Below are positions 52,214 to 60,923 of a stretch of 64,000 nucleotides of DNA, piece after piece (within the stretch, counting starts at the first letter, position 1; every line of letters begins with the position of its first letter). Below the pieces are notes generated by a model. The model was given only the letters and a program-made list of their open reading frames with translations. It was not told the DNA's origin and did no database searches. The DNA comes from Verrucomicrobiota bacterium. GTDB lineage: Bacteria > Verrucomicrobiota > Verrucomicrobiia > Opitutales > Seribacteraceae. The position numbers were made by a program, and so were the translations under genes. The stretch is from contig JAQBYT010000006.1 in assembly GCA_027622665.1 (NCBI GenBank), positions 64,001-128,000 on the forward strand. Reading direction: 5' to 3'.

Positions 52214-53068
52214 CTAGAGGCTTTCTATTCCAAGCTCGGCAAAAGCGGAATCGACCTCTTCTTTCGTTGGAATACGATAATGCCAGTTGTTGTCGTCCTC
52301 CATCGTTTTGATCCCTTTGCCTTTGATCGTATCGGCAATAATCGCAAAGGGTTTGTCAGAGTCTTTCGCCGTTTCAAGCGCAGATTTAATTTGTCGGAAA
52401 TCATGCCCGTCAATGCGGAGGCTATTCCAGCCGAATGCCTCGAACTTTTCTTCAAGCGGCTCGAGGGCTGTGACTTCTGTGCTCCTTCCAGTAGCCTGCC
52501 ATTTATTGAAGTCGACTATCGCGATGAGGTTGTTCAGCTTGTGAACAGGAGCCAACAGGGCTGCTTCCCAAGTTGAACCCTCGTTGCATTCTCCATCGCT
52601 GAGGAGACTGACGACGGAGAAGGGGATTCCATTCATTTTGGAGGCCAGTGCAATTCCTGTTGAAATCGAAAGGCCGTGTCCCAGAGATCCTGTAGCTGCC
52701 TCTATCCCCGGAACGCAATGGGGGGAGGGATGTTCGGGCAACGGGGAACCTTCCTGTGCATAACCCTCGAAGAGTTCGGGAGAGAAGAAACCTCTCTCGG
52801 CAAGAACTGCATACAAGGTTGTTATACCATGGCCCTTGCTCAGAATAAAGCGGTCCCTGTCGGGACTTTTGACTTGGCTAGGGCTGATTTCGAGAAAGTT
52901 CCAGTACAGGTAGACGAGAAGCTCGACAAAGGAAAGAGAACTTCCCAAATGCGGAGTTCTGGCCTGATGGGAAAGCTGTATGATCCTTCCACGTATTCTA
53001 GCCGCAACGGCAAGCAAAGGCTCGAATTCCCTTTCGGTTTTTTGGGGATGGTCAGTGGAAGCGATCAA
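52214..53068 (-). CDS. Transketolase, N-terminal (TPP-binding) subunit
   Basis: HLGSSLS, DRFILSKGH, TGSLGHG, SDGECNEGSTWEA and DGHD. Confidence 0.93.
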   Translation of the reverse strand: MIASTDHPQKTEREFEPLLAVAARIRGRIIQLSHQARTPHLGSSLSFVELLVYLYWNFLEISPSQVKSPDRDRFILSKGHGITTLYAVLAERGFFSPELFEGYAQEGSPLPEHPSPHCVPGIEAATGSLGHGLSISTGIALASKMNGIPFSVVSLLSDGECNEGSTWEAALLAPVHKLNNLIAIVDFNKWQATGRSTEVTALEPLEEKFEAFGWNSLRIDGHDFRQIKSALETAKDSDKPFAIIADTIKGKGIKTMEDDNNWHYRIPTKEEVDSAFAELGIESL

Positions 53069-53082
53069 ATTTCCGAAAAGGT

Positions 53083-54624
53083 TTAGAAGTTTATCATCGT
53101 CTGGGCAGCCTTGAGCAAATCGGCCTTTTTGATGGCTTCAGCATTCCCTATGATCCTGACAGCCTGAGCACCAGCCATTTGGGCCAAGTAAGTGCCTGCG
53201 TCCACGGGCAATCCTTTTGCCGCCGCAAGGGAAGCTATGGTGCAAAAGGCATCCCCGGCTCCGACGGGGTCGACAACTTCGTTTTCAAATGACGGACATC
53301 GGGACACGTGATTCTCCGCATCGAGCCCCAGAGTTTCGATTGCTCCGCGAGTCAGCCATGCGTACTTTGCTGAAAGATCGTGCTTAAGTCCTTTGAGCGC
53401 TTCGGGGAAATCTGGTTTTTTAAGGCCGCAGGAAAGCTTGATCTCCGTTTCATCGAGGGAAAAGGAGTCCGCCCTGGAGTATTGCCGGTTGATGATGTTG
53501 TATCCGTGATTATAACTATTGGTTTGGCAATTCAAGGAGAGAAAAGGAGCTTTTTCCTGGACGAGTTCACGAATCCTTGGGGTCAATAGACCGTGCCCGA
53601 AGTCCATCACGAGCACGAGGTCGAAGTCTTCGATCATGGAGTCCAAGGAGTCCAGAACTTTCTGTTCAGCTGAGTCGGAAATTTCAGCTTCGTTTATGTA
53701 ATTGACTGAAAAAAGCTTATTTAATTCGGCACCATCCTTGTAAGGTTCGACAAAGCGGAGCTTTCGGACGGTCGTGAATTTGTCACAGCTTACGATCTTG
53801 TTGTTATCCTCCTTGACGAATTTTCGAATGATCGGCTCAACCCAAGCTTCGCTACCAACCAGACTGACGAACTGGACATTCTCGGTAAACTCGAGAGCGT
53901 GCCTGTACACGGCCAAGGCTCCTCCTGCCTGCTGGTTCCCGTAAAGACGTCTCCCCGATAGGATACGATTCTTGGAAGTCAGGCCTTGAACTTGAACCGT
54001 TTCATACTCGTCGAAGATAATGTCGCCGACGATCAAGACCTTCAGGGTGGAAAATGAATCAATGATCGAACGTATTTCATTCGATGAGTATCTCTTCGCT
54101 ATGGATTGGCAAAAAGACTTTACCTCAGGAGATTGAGTGGAGAAATTTCCGTGCAATAGTTTGGTGGAAGAGAAGACCACTGATCCTGCGTAGCGAATGA
54201 CTCCTCCGGTTGCCTCTACTGTTCTGACGTCATCGGCCATGTTGCCGGTGACATCCTCCTCCGCATTCTCGTATTCCTTGCCTTTGCAGTAAATGTCAGG
54301 ACTCACTGCCTCAATTGCTTCAATTGCCGCAGGGTAGGGTATTATTGCAACGTAATCGACTGATTCGAGGGCAGTGATGGACTTGAGCCTGAGCTCGTCA
54401 TTGAAATAAGGACGTCCAGGTCCTTTGTTGACGAACTTCTCGCCGGTTACGGTAACGATAAGTACGTCCCCCATGCCTTTTGATTCCTCGAAATGAATGA
54501 CGTGACCAGGATGAATCAAGTCAAAGGTTCCGTGGCATTGAACGATTTTGTTTCCCATCTCTTTTTCCTTCCGGATAACCTCCGGGATTTCGGCAAAAGG
54601 AATTATTTTCGAATGTGTTGACAT
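53083..54624 (-). CDS. Bifunctional nucleotidyltransferase + PfkB kinase (HldE/RfaE-like, reversed domain order)
   Basis: N-terminal HGTFDLIHPGH...KGPGRP...SSTKL; C-terminal VGDIIFDEY, DFGHG and DPVGAGDAF. Confidence 0.88.
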   Translation of the reverse strand: MSTHSKIIPFAEIPEVIRKEKEMGNKIVQCHGTFDLIHPGHVIHFEESKGMGDVLIVTVTGEKFVNKGPGRPYFNDELRLKSITALESVDYVAIIPYPAAIEAIEAVSPDIYCKGKEYENAEEDVTGNMADDVRTVEATGGVIRYAGSVVFSSTKLLHGNFSTQSPEVKSFCQSIAKRYSSNEIRSIIDSFSTLKVLIVGDIIFDEYETVQVQGLTSKNRILSGRRLYGNQQAGGALAVYRHALEFTENVQFVSLVGSEAWVEPIIRKFVKEDNNKIVSCDKFTTVRKLRFVEPYKDGAELNKLFSVNYINEAEISDSAEQKVLDSLDSMIEDFDLVLVMDFGHGLLTPRIRELVQEKAPFLSLNCQTNSYNHGYNIINRQYSRADSFSLDETEIKLSCGLKKPDFPEALKGLKHDLSAKYAWLTRGAIETLGLDAENHVSRCPSFENEVVDPVGAGDAFCTIASLAAAKGLPVDAGTYLAQMAGAQAVRIIGNAEAIKKADLLKAAQTMINF

Positions 54625-54643
54625 GGGATGAGTGGCTCTTGAC

Positions 54644-55606
54644 CTATACCTCGATCTTGTTCTCCCCGATCAGGCGAACCATTGTTTTGACGTTGAAGTA
54701 TCTCTCTTCCATTTGGAGTTTTCCGGAGTTGAAGGCATCGATGACTTCCAAGATTCCTTCCTCCACACTGCTTGCGGGAGCAAAGCCAGTATCCAGTAGT
54801 TTTTGCGAGGAAAGTCGATAGGAACGTGGATCGTTTGATTCGGTAACGATGATTTCGGCAGGAACGTGGCGGACCACCCTTTCCGCGATTTCCATGATGG
54901 AGATATTCTCAAAGCCCGCATTGAATATGCCGGTCATTTTTTCGGGATTGTTCAAGGCATGAACATAGACCGAGACCAAATCCCTGATGTGAATATTCGG
55001 CCGTGTCTGGTCTCCCCCGAAAACCGTAATCTTTTGATTCGTCAGGGCTTGCATCGTGAGCATGTTGACTGAAAGATCCAGTCGCATACGCGGAGAGTAT
55101 CCGCAAACCGTGGCGGGACGAATGCATGAGACCATGATTTTGTCCGCATAGCTAAGCAGTACGCGCTCGCTGATCATCTTGGTTTTGTTGTAGTCGGAAA
55201 TTGGAACGAGAGAAAGCTCTTCGGTAACCAAGGGTTCTTCCTTGACTCCGTAAACGCTTCCCGAGCTTGCGAAGACGAACTGCCTGACTCCCTTTTGGAT
55301 AGCCATCTCCACCAGTTGCATGCTCGCCAAGGCGTTGACTTCCCAGTTTAACTTCGAATTGAGGTCACTGCATGGATCGTTGGCAACGTTGGCCAAATGA
55401 AAAACCGTGTCAACTCCCTCGAAACAAGATTCCTCCAAATTCCTGATATCTGACTCGATGATCTCGAGATTTTCATGATCCGGCAGGTAATTGCCAAACC
55501 ACATAGCATCTATCACTCGTACTTGATGACCAAGTTCGAGAAGAGTGGTAGTGAGAGGGTGCCCCACGAACCCACATCCACCGGTTACGACAATTTTACT
55601 GCTCAT
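54644..55606 (-). CDS. NAD-dependent epimerase/dehydratase (extended SDR)
   Basis: TGGCGFVG, SSGSVYG, YNKTK and RMRLDL. Confidence 0.9.
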   Translation of the reverse strand: MSSKIVVTGGCGFVGHPLTTTLLELGHQVRVIDAMWFGNYLPDHENLEIIESDIRNLEESCFEGVDTVFHLANVANDPCSDLNSKLNWEVNALASMQLVEMAIQKGVRQFVFASSGSVYGVKEEPLVTEELSLVPISDYNKTKMISERVLLSYADKIMVSCIRPATVCGYSPRMRLDLSVNMLTMQALTNQKITVFGGDQTRPNIHIRDLVSVYVHALNNPEKMTGIFNAGFENISIMEIAERVVRHVPAEIIVTESNDPRSYRLSSQKLLDTGFAPASSVEEGILEVIDAFNSGKLQMEERYFNVKTMVRLIGENKIEV

Positions 55607-56595
55607 TATTTTTTATGTATGTATGCCATCGGTTCCTTGACCAAGTCATCAAAATTACTTTGCACCCACTCGATTGTCTCCTCGATCCCGTTTTCAAGGG
55701 AAACTTTCGGCTTCCATCCAAATTCTTTCATTGCTTTGCCGCTATCCAGCAAATAGGCGGCATCTTTGCCGGGACGGTCGGGGCTGACTTCAACCAAACT
55801 TTCAAAATCTGCCCCCATCTTGAGGCAAATCAACTCCACGAGGCTCCGTATCGAGACATGTTGGTCAGTCGACAGATGATAGGTTTCGGGGGGGGAGGCT
55901 TTTATTGCAATATCCAAAGTTGCTTCCGCAACGTCGCGGATGTGAATGAAGGAGCGAAGGGACTTTCCTCCTCCGTGAAGTTGAAGCTTTTTCCCGAGCT
56001 TTATGAATAGAATGGTTCTGGGAATTATGCGGTAAAGCTGCTGTCCGGGACCGTAGACGTTTGCGGCACGAGTAAAGACAACGGGGAAATTGTAATTCTT
56101 GAAAAAATTGAGAAGGTGCATGTCGCATGCTGCCCGAGAGGTTGCATAAGGGGTACTTGGAGAAAAAGGATGGTTCTCATCCACAAGACCTGAACAAGAC
56201 CCATAAACCTCGGGCGTCGAAACATGGACGTATTTCCGCAACGAATCAAGTTGTCTCAATTGGTTATGCAACCTCACGTTTGCCACGACATTAGTCTGGT
56301 ACCAATGATCCGGATTTTCCCAGCTTTCGGCAACCATGGCTTGGGCGGCGAAATTAACTACATACGGGGCTTTGAAACTTTTGATTTCCTTGATTATCTC
56401 ATCGCTATGTTTGTTTAGATCCAATTGTTTAAATTGAAATCTATCGTGAGGATTCCATTTGTAGGGAAGTAGGCATGATTTGTTTTCAATCGAACGGCTT
56501 ATTCCGAGTACTGCATCGCCTTGATCGAGGGCGTACCTAATGAAGCTGGCACCCGAAAAGGAATTACTGCCTATGACCACAATCCGGTTTCCCAT
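55606..56595 (-). CDS. NDP-sugar 4,6-dehydratase-like extended SDR (RmlB-like)
   Basis: GSNSFSG, STPEVYG, PSTPYATSR (YxxxR instead of YxxxK), NVYGPGQ and DRPGKD. Confidence 0.82.
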   Translation of the reverse strand: MGNRIVVIGSNSFSGASFIRYALDQGDAVLGISRSIENKSCLLPYKWNPHDRFQFKQLDLNKHSDEIIKEIKSFKAPYVVNFAAQAMVAESWENPDHWYQTNVVANVRLHNQLRQLDSLRKYVHVSTPEVYGSCSGLVDENHPFSPSTPYATSRAACDMHLLNFFKNYNFPVVFTRAANVYGPGQQLYRIIPRTILFIKLGKKLQLHGGGKSLRSFIHIRDVAEATLDIAIKASPPETYHLSTDQHVSIRSLVELICLKMGADFESLVEVSPDRPGKDAAYLLDSGKAMKEFGWKPKVSLENGIEETIEWVQSNFDDLVKEPMAYIHKK

Positions 56596-56598
56596 TAT

Positions 56599-57165
56599 TT
56601 ATTTCCTGCCCTTTAGATTCTTCATCAGGATGTGCCCGATAATCATTTGAAAATCCTCTGCCACCTGCATGTCGTCCAGTGGTATGTGAATGGGGTTCTC
56701 CGCAATCTTCTTGCACTTGCCTCCGTCAAAGCCAAGGACGGCGTGGGTTTTCATTCCCATGATCTTGGCTTGTTCGAGGGCTTTTACGATATTGGGCGAA
56801 TTGCCACTACCCGAAAAAACGATAAGGACATCTTTGCTGTCGGCAAGGGCACTAAGTTGCTTGGCAAATATGTTTTCAAATCCGGTATCATTGGCCAAGC
56901 ATGTGTTGACCGAGACATTTGATGCCAGTGAATGGACCTTGAGACCCTTCCCATCCTCTGGAGAAACGCCATAGAGCAGATCGTTAGCCAAATGGTTGGC
57001 GTTAGCGGCACTGCCGCCATTGCCGCAGATGAACACTTTGTTTCCCGATGTCCAAGCGTTCAGTAAATCGTCCGAAAGAGTTTTGACCCGATCCCAGTCC
57101 AAACTGTTCCATGTTTCGTTGATCGTCTTGAGATAATCACTGACTGTCTCGCAAAATTCTTTCAT
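56599..57165 (-). CDS. SIS-domain phosphoheptose isomerase (GmhA-like)
   Basis: CGNGGSAANANH, ANDTG, SGSGNSPN and GFDGG. Confidence 0.9.
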   Translation of the reverse strand: MKEFCETVSDYLKTINETWNSLDWDRVKTLSDDLLNAWTSGNKVFICGNGGSAANANHLANDLLYGVSPEDGKGLKVHSLASNVSVNTCLANDTGFENIFAKQLSALADSKDVLIVFSGSGNSPNIVKALEQAKIMGMKTHAVLGFDGGKCKKIAENPIHIPLDDMQVAEDFQMIIGHILMKNLKGRK

Positions 57166-57274
57166 TTAGCTAGCTTTAAGGGATTGATTTGATGTGAGAA
57201 TACCCATTGTGGTAGGAAAAAAATTCCTAGTAAGGAATCGACAGTGACCTTCGACATGCGCTATCCATTTGGCT

Positions 57275-58690
57275 ATGGCGATTGAGAAAATAGTTGTGGT
57301 GGACGACGAGTTGATGATTCGTAAGTCTTTGGAGACTCAACTGCGAAACAAGCGATACTCTGTGGCTTCGGCTCAGGATTTGGCGGGTGCGCGGAAAATT
57401 CTTTCGCGGGATTCTTTTGACCTGGTGTTTCTGGATGTTAGGTTGCCTGACGGAGAGGGGACTGAACTGCTTGAGGAACTGACCGCGAAGGTCGATGGCC
57501 CGATGATTGTGATGATGACGGGCTATGGTTCGGTGGAGTCGGCTGTATCCTGTATGCAGGCGGGAGCTTTCGATTATGTCATGAAACCTTTCTCCTTCGA
57601 ACAGATTGAGGTGGTTGTAGATAAGGCTGCTTCCTTCGATAAAATGAGGCGAGTTACTCGTTATTACGTCGAGGAAATCGAGGCTAAGGCAACCGTTATC
57701 GTGGGAACGGCGGAACCCATCCGACTGTTGAAGGAGATGGTCCGCAAGGTGGCGGCCACGGAAGCAACTGTTCTTATCTCGGGGGAAAATGGCACGGGGA
57801 AGGAACTGGTGGCGAGGGAGCTTTATAACAATAGCTTGTTGGCCGACAAGCCTTACATTAGAGTCAATTGTGCATCTATTTCCGAGACCTTGATGGAAAG
57901 TGAGTTTTTTGGTCACGAAAAAGGTGCTTATACCGGAGCGACCGAAAGGCGAGAGGGCCGTTTCGAGTTGGCCGATGGCGGTACTCTTTTGCTTGATGAA
58001 ATCAGCGAGATTGCGCCTGCGCTTCAGGCCAAGCTTCTCCGTGTGCTGCAGGAGAAGGAATTCGAGCGTGTGGGCGGAAATAAGACCATCCAAGTTAAGG
58101 TTCGTGTTCTTGCTACTACGAACCGAAATCTTATTGAAGAAGTGGAAAAAGGGAAGTTTCGAGAGGACTTGTACTATAGGCTGAATGTTTTTCCGATAGT
58201 TGTTCCTCCTCTCCGCGATCGTTCCGATGACATCCCCTTGCTGGCGGAAACTTTTCTTAAGAGGCATGCCCGGAAGCATGGCTTGGAAAAGGCGAAATTT
58301 TCGAAACCTGCAGTCAATGCTATGCGAGATCACATTTGGCCCGGCAATGTCCGCGAACTTGAAAATGCCATTGAGCGAGCGGTTATTCTGGCCGATCACG
58401 GAAACGCCATCGGTCCTGAGCTGTTGGGACTGGGCGGTGTTCCCGTAAGTTTGCAATCTCATTTGGCGAAATCTTCTGTTCCGACTGGATCGACCCCGGA
58501 CGAAGGATCCGCTGCTGAGGAGATCGCAGAAATTCTCACGATGGAGGAAGTTGAGCGTGAGCATATTCTGCAGGCATTGAAAGCGACGAGTGGAAATCGC
58601 ACTAAGGCTGCGGAATTGCTGGCTATTAATGTTCGGACCCTTCGTAACAAGATCCGTCAGTACAAGATTGATGGGGAGAGTGTTCCCTGA
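57275..58690 (+). CDS. Sigma-54-dependent response regulator (NtrC/AtoC family)
   Basis: Receiver ([13 protein letters not shown]), [49 protein letters not shown] and Fis-type HTH. Confidence 0.96.
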   Translation: MAIEKIVVVDDELMIRKSLETQLRNKRYSVASAQDLAGARKILSRDSFDLVFLDVRLPDGEGTELLEELTAKVDGPMIVMMTGYGSVESAVSCMQAGAFDYVMKPFSFEQIEVVVDKAASFDKMRRVTRYYVEEIEAKATVIVGTAEPIRLLKEMVRKVAATEATVLISGENGTGKELVARELYNNSLLADKPYIRVNCASISETLMESEFFGHEKGAYTGATERREGRFELADGGTLLLDEISEIAPALQAKLLRVLQEKEFERVGGNKTIQVKVRVLATTNRNLIEEVEKGKFREDLYYRLNVFPIVVPPLRDRSDDIPLLAETFLKRHARKHGLEKAKFSKPAVNAMRDHIWPGNVRELENAIERAVILADHGNAIGPELLGLGGVPVSLQSHLAKSSVPTGSTPDEGSAAEEIAEILTMEEVEREHILQALKATSGNRTKAAELLAINVRTLRNKIRQYKIDGESVP

Positions 58691-58715
58691 ACGAGTAAGG
58701 AGTTAAACTGAAGTC

Positions 58716-58877
58716 ATTGCTGGAAATACATCAATGGCATGTGGGCATAGCTACCGCACGACCGCACGCGTAGTTGAAAGGCCAATCTTTAAACTCTAGA
58801 CTGGCAGTGTGCGGACTCTTGTTTTCTTTGAACCTACATTTCGAGGTCAATTTTTGATCCGCTTGATTCTTAGCAAT
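58716..58877 (+). ncRNA. Candidate structured RNA, 6S-RNA-like rod with central bubble
   Basis: Nested complementary segments found by eye, plus a cUUUGAACC...UUCGAGG element; no covariance search run. Confidence 0.4.
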
Positions 58878-59000
58878 TAGCGTTCCAAAAGCAGTGTGTG
58901 ATTTTCTTCTTTACGGAGACCTTGAGACAACTATCTGTCTGTTTGTCTTTAAGCTTTGCAATATTTTTATAATCAACGCCTTGCGAGTTATATTCTAGGC

Positions 59001-59837
59001 TCAATTGCCGAAGGGGGATGACTCAATGATTTGATTGGGATCGAAAGGTTTGCCCCCCTTTATTTCAAAGCCTATTAGCTTGCCAGCGGTAAACTCACCT
59101 TTTTCCCAAATATTTCCCTCCAAATCCCATTTGGTAATAGCACCGTCCCATCTGCCTTCTTTGAAATTCAGTTCGGCTTCTTTTTTCCCTGAGTCATCAA
59201 GGGCGGTTATCGTGCCGGTGTAGAGTTCCTCGGTCTCCCTTATGAATAGAGTTCCATCGCGAGAAGGGTTTCCTGCGAACTTCTCGCCGAGCTCATTCCC
59301 TTTTCCGGTCCATTTCGCCAATGCTTTTGTTGCTGCGCTTTGTCCCCAAACTACATCTTCCCCATCCTCTTTATCTTTAGACTTGGAGAGATCCTCAATG
59401 CCATCAATATAATATTTCCTCGACAACTCTTGGCCGTCTTCGGTCCATATAATCTCCAGTCCTTCCTTTATTCCTTCCCGAAAATGTGTGTTGGAGTTGA
59501 GTGCCCCCGATTCGTACCAAATGAAGGAATTTCCGTCCCGCTTGCCTGCCAAATAACTGGCTCTGCTTGACAATGCGCCTGCTGCGATTCGCGTGGTGAT
59601 TTCTCCGGTAAAAGCAACCCCGTCTGCGGTCCGTATTAAACATTCTTCATCATCGGTCCTGAATTCCACCTTGAAATCGCTTTGAAAACCATCCCAAAAA
59701 TCTCCTTCTCGTAGGTTTGGAATTTCTCTTGCTATACCACTTTGTTCTTTTGCACTATTTGGACCGCTATCATTTCCGCAACCAGTGAACAAAAGTGCTG
59801 CAGTTGAGGCTAGACTAATGAAGAGTTTATTTTTCAC
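59001..59837 (-). CDS. MORN-variant repeat lipoprotein (YwqK-like)
   Basis: Lipobox LFTG-C; repeats GKRDGNSFIWYESG, GIKEGLEIIWTEDG and GRWDGAITKWDLEG. Confidence 0.75.
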   Translation of the reverse strand: MKNKLFISLASTAALLFTGCGNDSGPNSAKEQSGIAREIPNLREGDFWDGFQSDFKVEFRTDDEECLIRTADGVAFTGEITTRIAAGALSSRASYLAGKRDGNSFIWYESGALNSNTHFREGIKEGLEIIWTEDGQELSRKYYIDGIEDLSKSKDKEDGEDVVWGQSAATKALAKWTGKGNELGEKFAGNPSRDGTLFIRETEELYTGTITALDDSGKKEAELNFKEGRWDGAITKWDLEGNIWEKGEFTAGKLIGFEIKGGKPFDPNQIIESSPFGN

Positions 59838-59904
59838 TTTTTATTGAAAATTTCTTATCACTTAGCTTTGAGATGGCGGGAAGGCAATTGGGAAAGATGC
59901 TACC

Positions 59905-60783
59905 CTATGGGGCTGCTGCTTGTAGCGAGTGCCCCAAAACCAGACGGAACCCGACGTCGCTTGATTGGTATCCCGGGCCGTAGCTGGTTCGGCGAGAAGT
60001 CTTGCAGCATTCGGGACAAGAGTCGTAGCTGCCACCTCGATTGACCTTGTCGGGGTTTTGCGGTCCAATAACCGGATCAACGAGAGAGCCTTTAGGTCGA
60101 GGCGAATAGCCGTCTAGGCACCATTCGCGGACATTGCCGTAAATATCCCGCAAGCCCCATTTGTTAGGTTGTTTAAGGCCCACTTTGTGAGTTCGTCCAT
60201 CTGCATCGAGGTTATGCCAAGCGTAAGCTTTTAATGGCCGTGGATCGTTTCCGAAAAAGTAAATCGTTGTCGATCCGGCCAATGCCGCATACTCCCATTC
60301 AGCCTCGGAAGGCAGGCGATATACCTTTCCGGCCGGTAGACGTCCTGCCTTACTCTCACGCATCGTTAGCTTTTGGCAGAAATCGGCGGCTTGTTTCCAG
60401 TCCACTTGCTCTACGGGAAGCAAGGGCCCTTTGAAATTAGATGGGTTGAATCCCATTATCGACTCCCATGCCTTTTGAGTCACTTCCGTTTCGCCAATTA
60501 AGAAAGGCTTTGTGAATCGTACCTTTCTTTCGCCCTCGTATGGCTTCACTGTGTTCGCAACCCGATCATCACCCATTTGGAACTCTCCTGCGGCAATAGG
60601 CAGCAGGTGCAATCCAAGATCGGATATTTCAACGGCTTTTGGCTTGTCCACCTTGCCGAAAAGAGAGCTTGCTCCCAAGCAAGCCAAGCTAAGAACCCTT
60701 AGGTCTATATATGCCACCAATGTTTTCACCGATTGTGCAAGAAGAGAGGAAAGAAGGGTGGTTGTATGTCTTTTTTGTGCCAT
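59905..60783 (-). CDS. FGE-sulfatase (SUMF1) domain protein
   Basis: GEFQMG, TEVT, RLPSEAEWEYAA, PNKWGLRDIYGNVREWC, RGGSY and GFRL. Confidence 0.9.
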   Translation of the reverse strand: MAQKRHTTTLLSSLLAQSVKTLVAYIDLRVLSLACLGASSLFGKVDKPKAVEISDLGLHLLPIAAGEFQMGDDRVANTVKPYEGERKVRFTKPFLIGETEVTQKAWESIMGFNPSNFKGPLLPVEQVDWKQAADFCQKLTMRESKAGRLPAGKVYRLPSEAEWEYAALAGSTTIYFFGNDPRPLKAYAWHNLDADGRTHKVGLKQPNKWGLRDIYGNVREWCLDGYSPRPKGSLVDPVIGPQNPDKVNRGGSYDSCPECCKTSRRTSYGPGYQSSDVGFRLVLGHSLQAAAP

Positions 60784-60923
60784 GATTGTCTCATGGTTCC
60801 TACCGTATTCTCAAAGCCATAGCAAAAGGATTTACACTCTGCTATAATGCGTCAAACGGTGTTTGACATCCGTAGCAAAAGGATCTCTTGCCGCGGTCAC
60901 TATTTCCTCTATACTTGTTTCGA

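Larger units (their letters stand above)
30469..57165 (-). other. Glycan / NDP-sugar biosynthesis gene cluster (variable island)
   Basis: 24 co-oriented genes, mostly abutting or overlapping, nearly all sugar-biosynthesis, tailoring or transferase families; strongly heterogeneous GC. Confidence 0.9.

Noticed and set aside
30469..57165. Antibiotic biosynthetic cluster or mobile element
   Set aside because: No PKS/NRPS or other scaffold genes, exporter, integrase, transposase or flanking tRNA; a surface-glycan replacement island is more parsimonious
57166..57274. Sigma-54 promoter or ops/JUMPstart element ahead of the glycan operon
   Set aside because: No correctly spaced GG-N10-GC within a TGGCAC/TTGC context and no GGCGGTAG found by eye
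57227..58564. 445-aa minus-strand ORF
   Set aside because: Antisense shadow of the well-supported NtrC-family gene; no protein motifs
59001..59837. YwqK-like protein as the antitoxin of a toxin-antitoxin pair
   Set aside because: No adjacent toxin; MORN-variant lipoproteins are common standalone proteins
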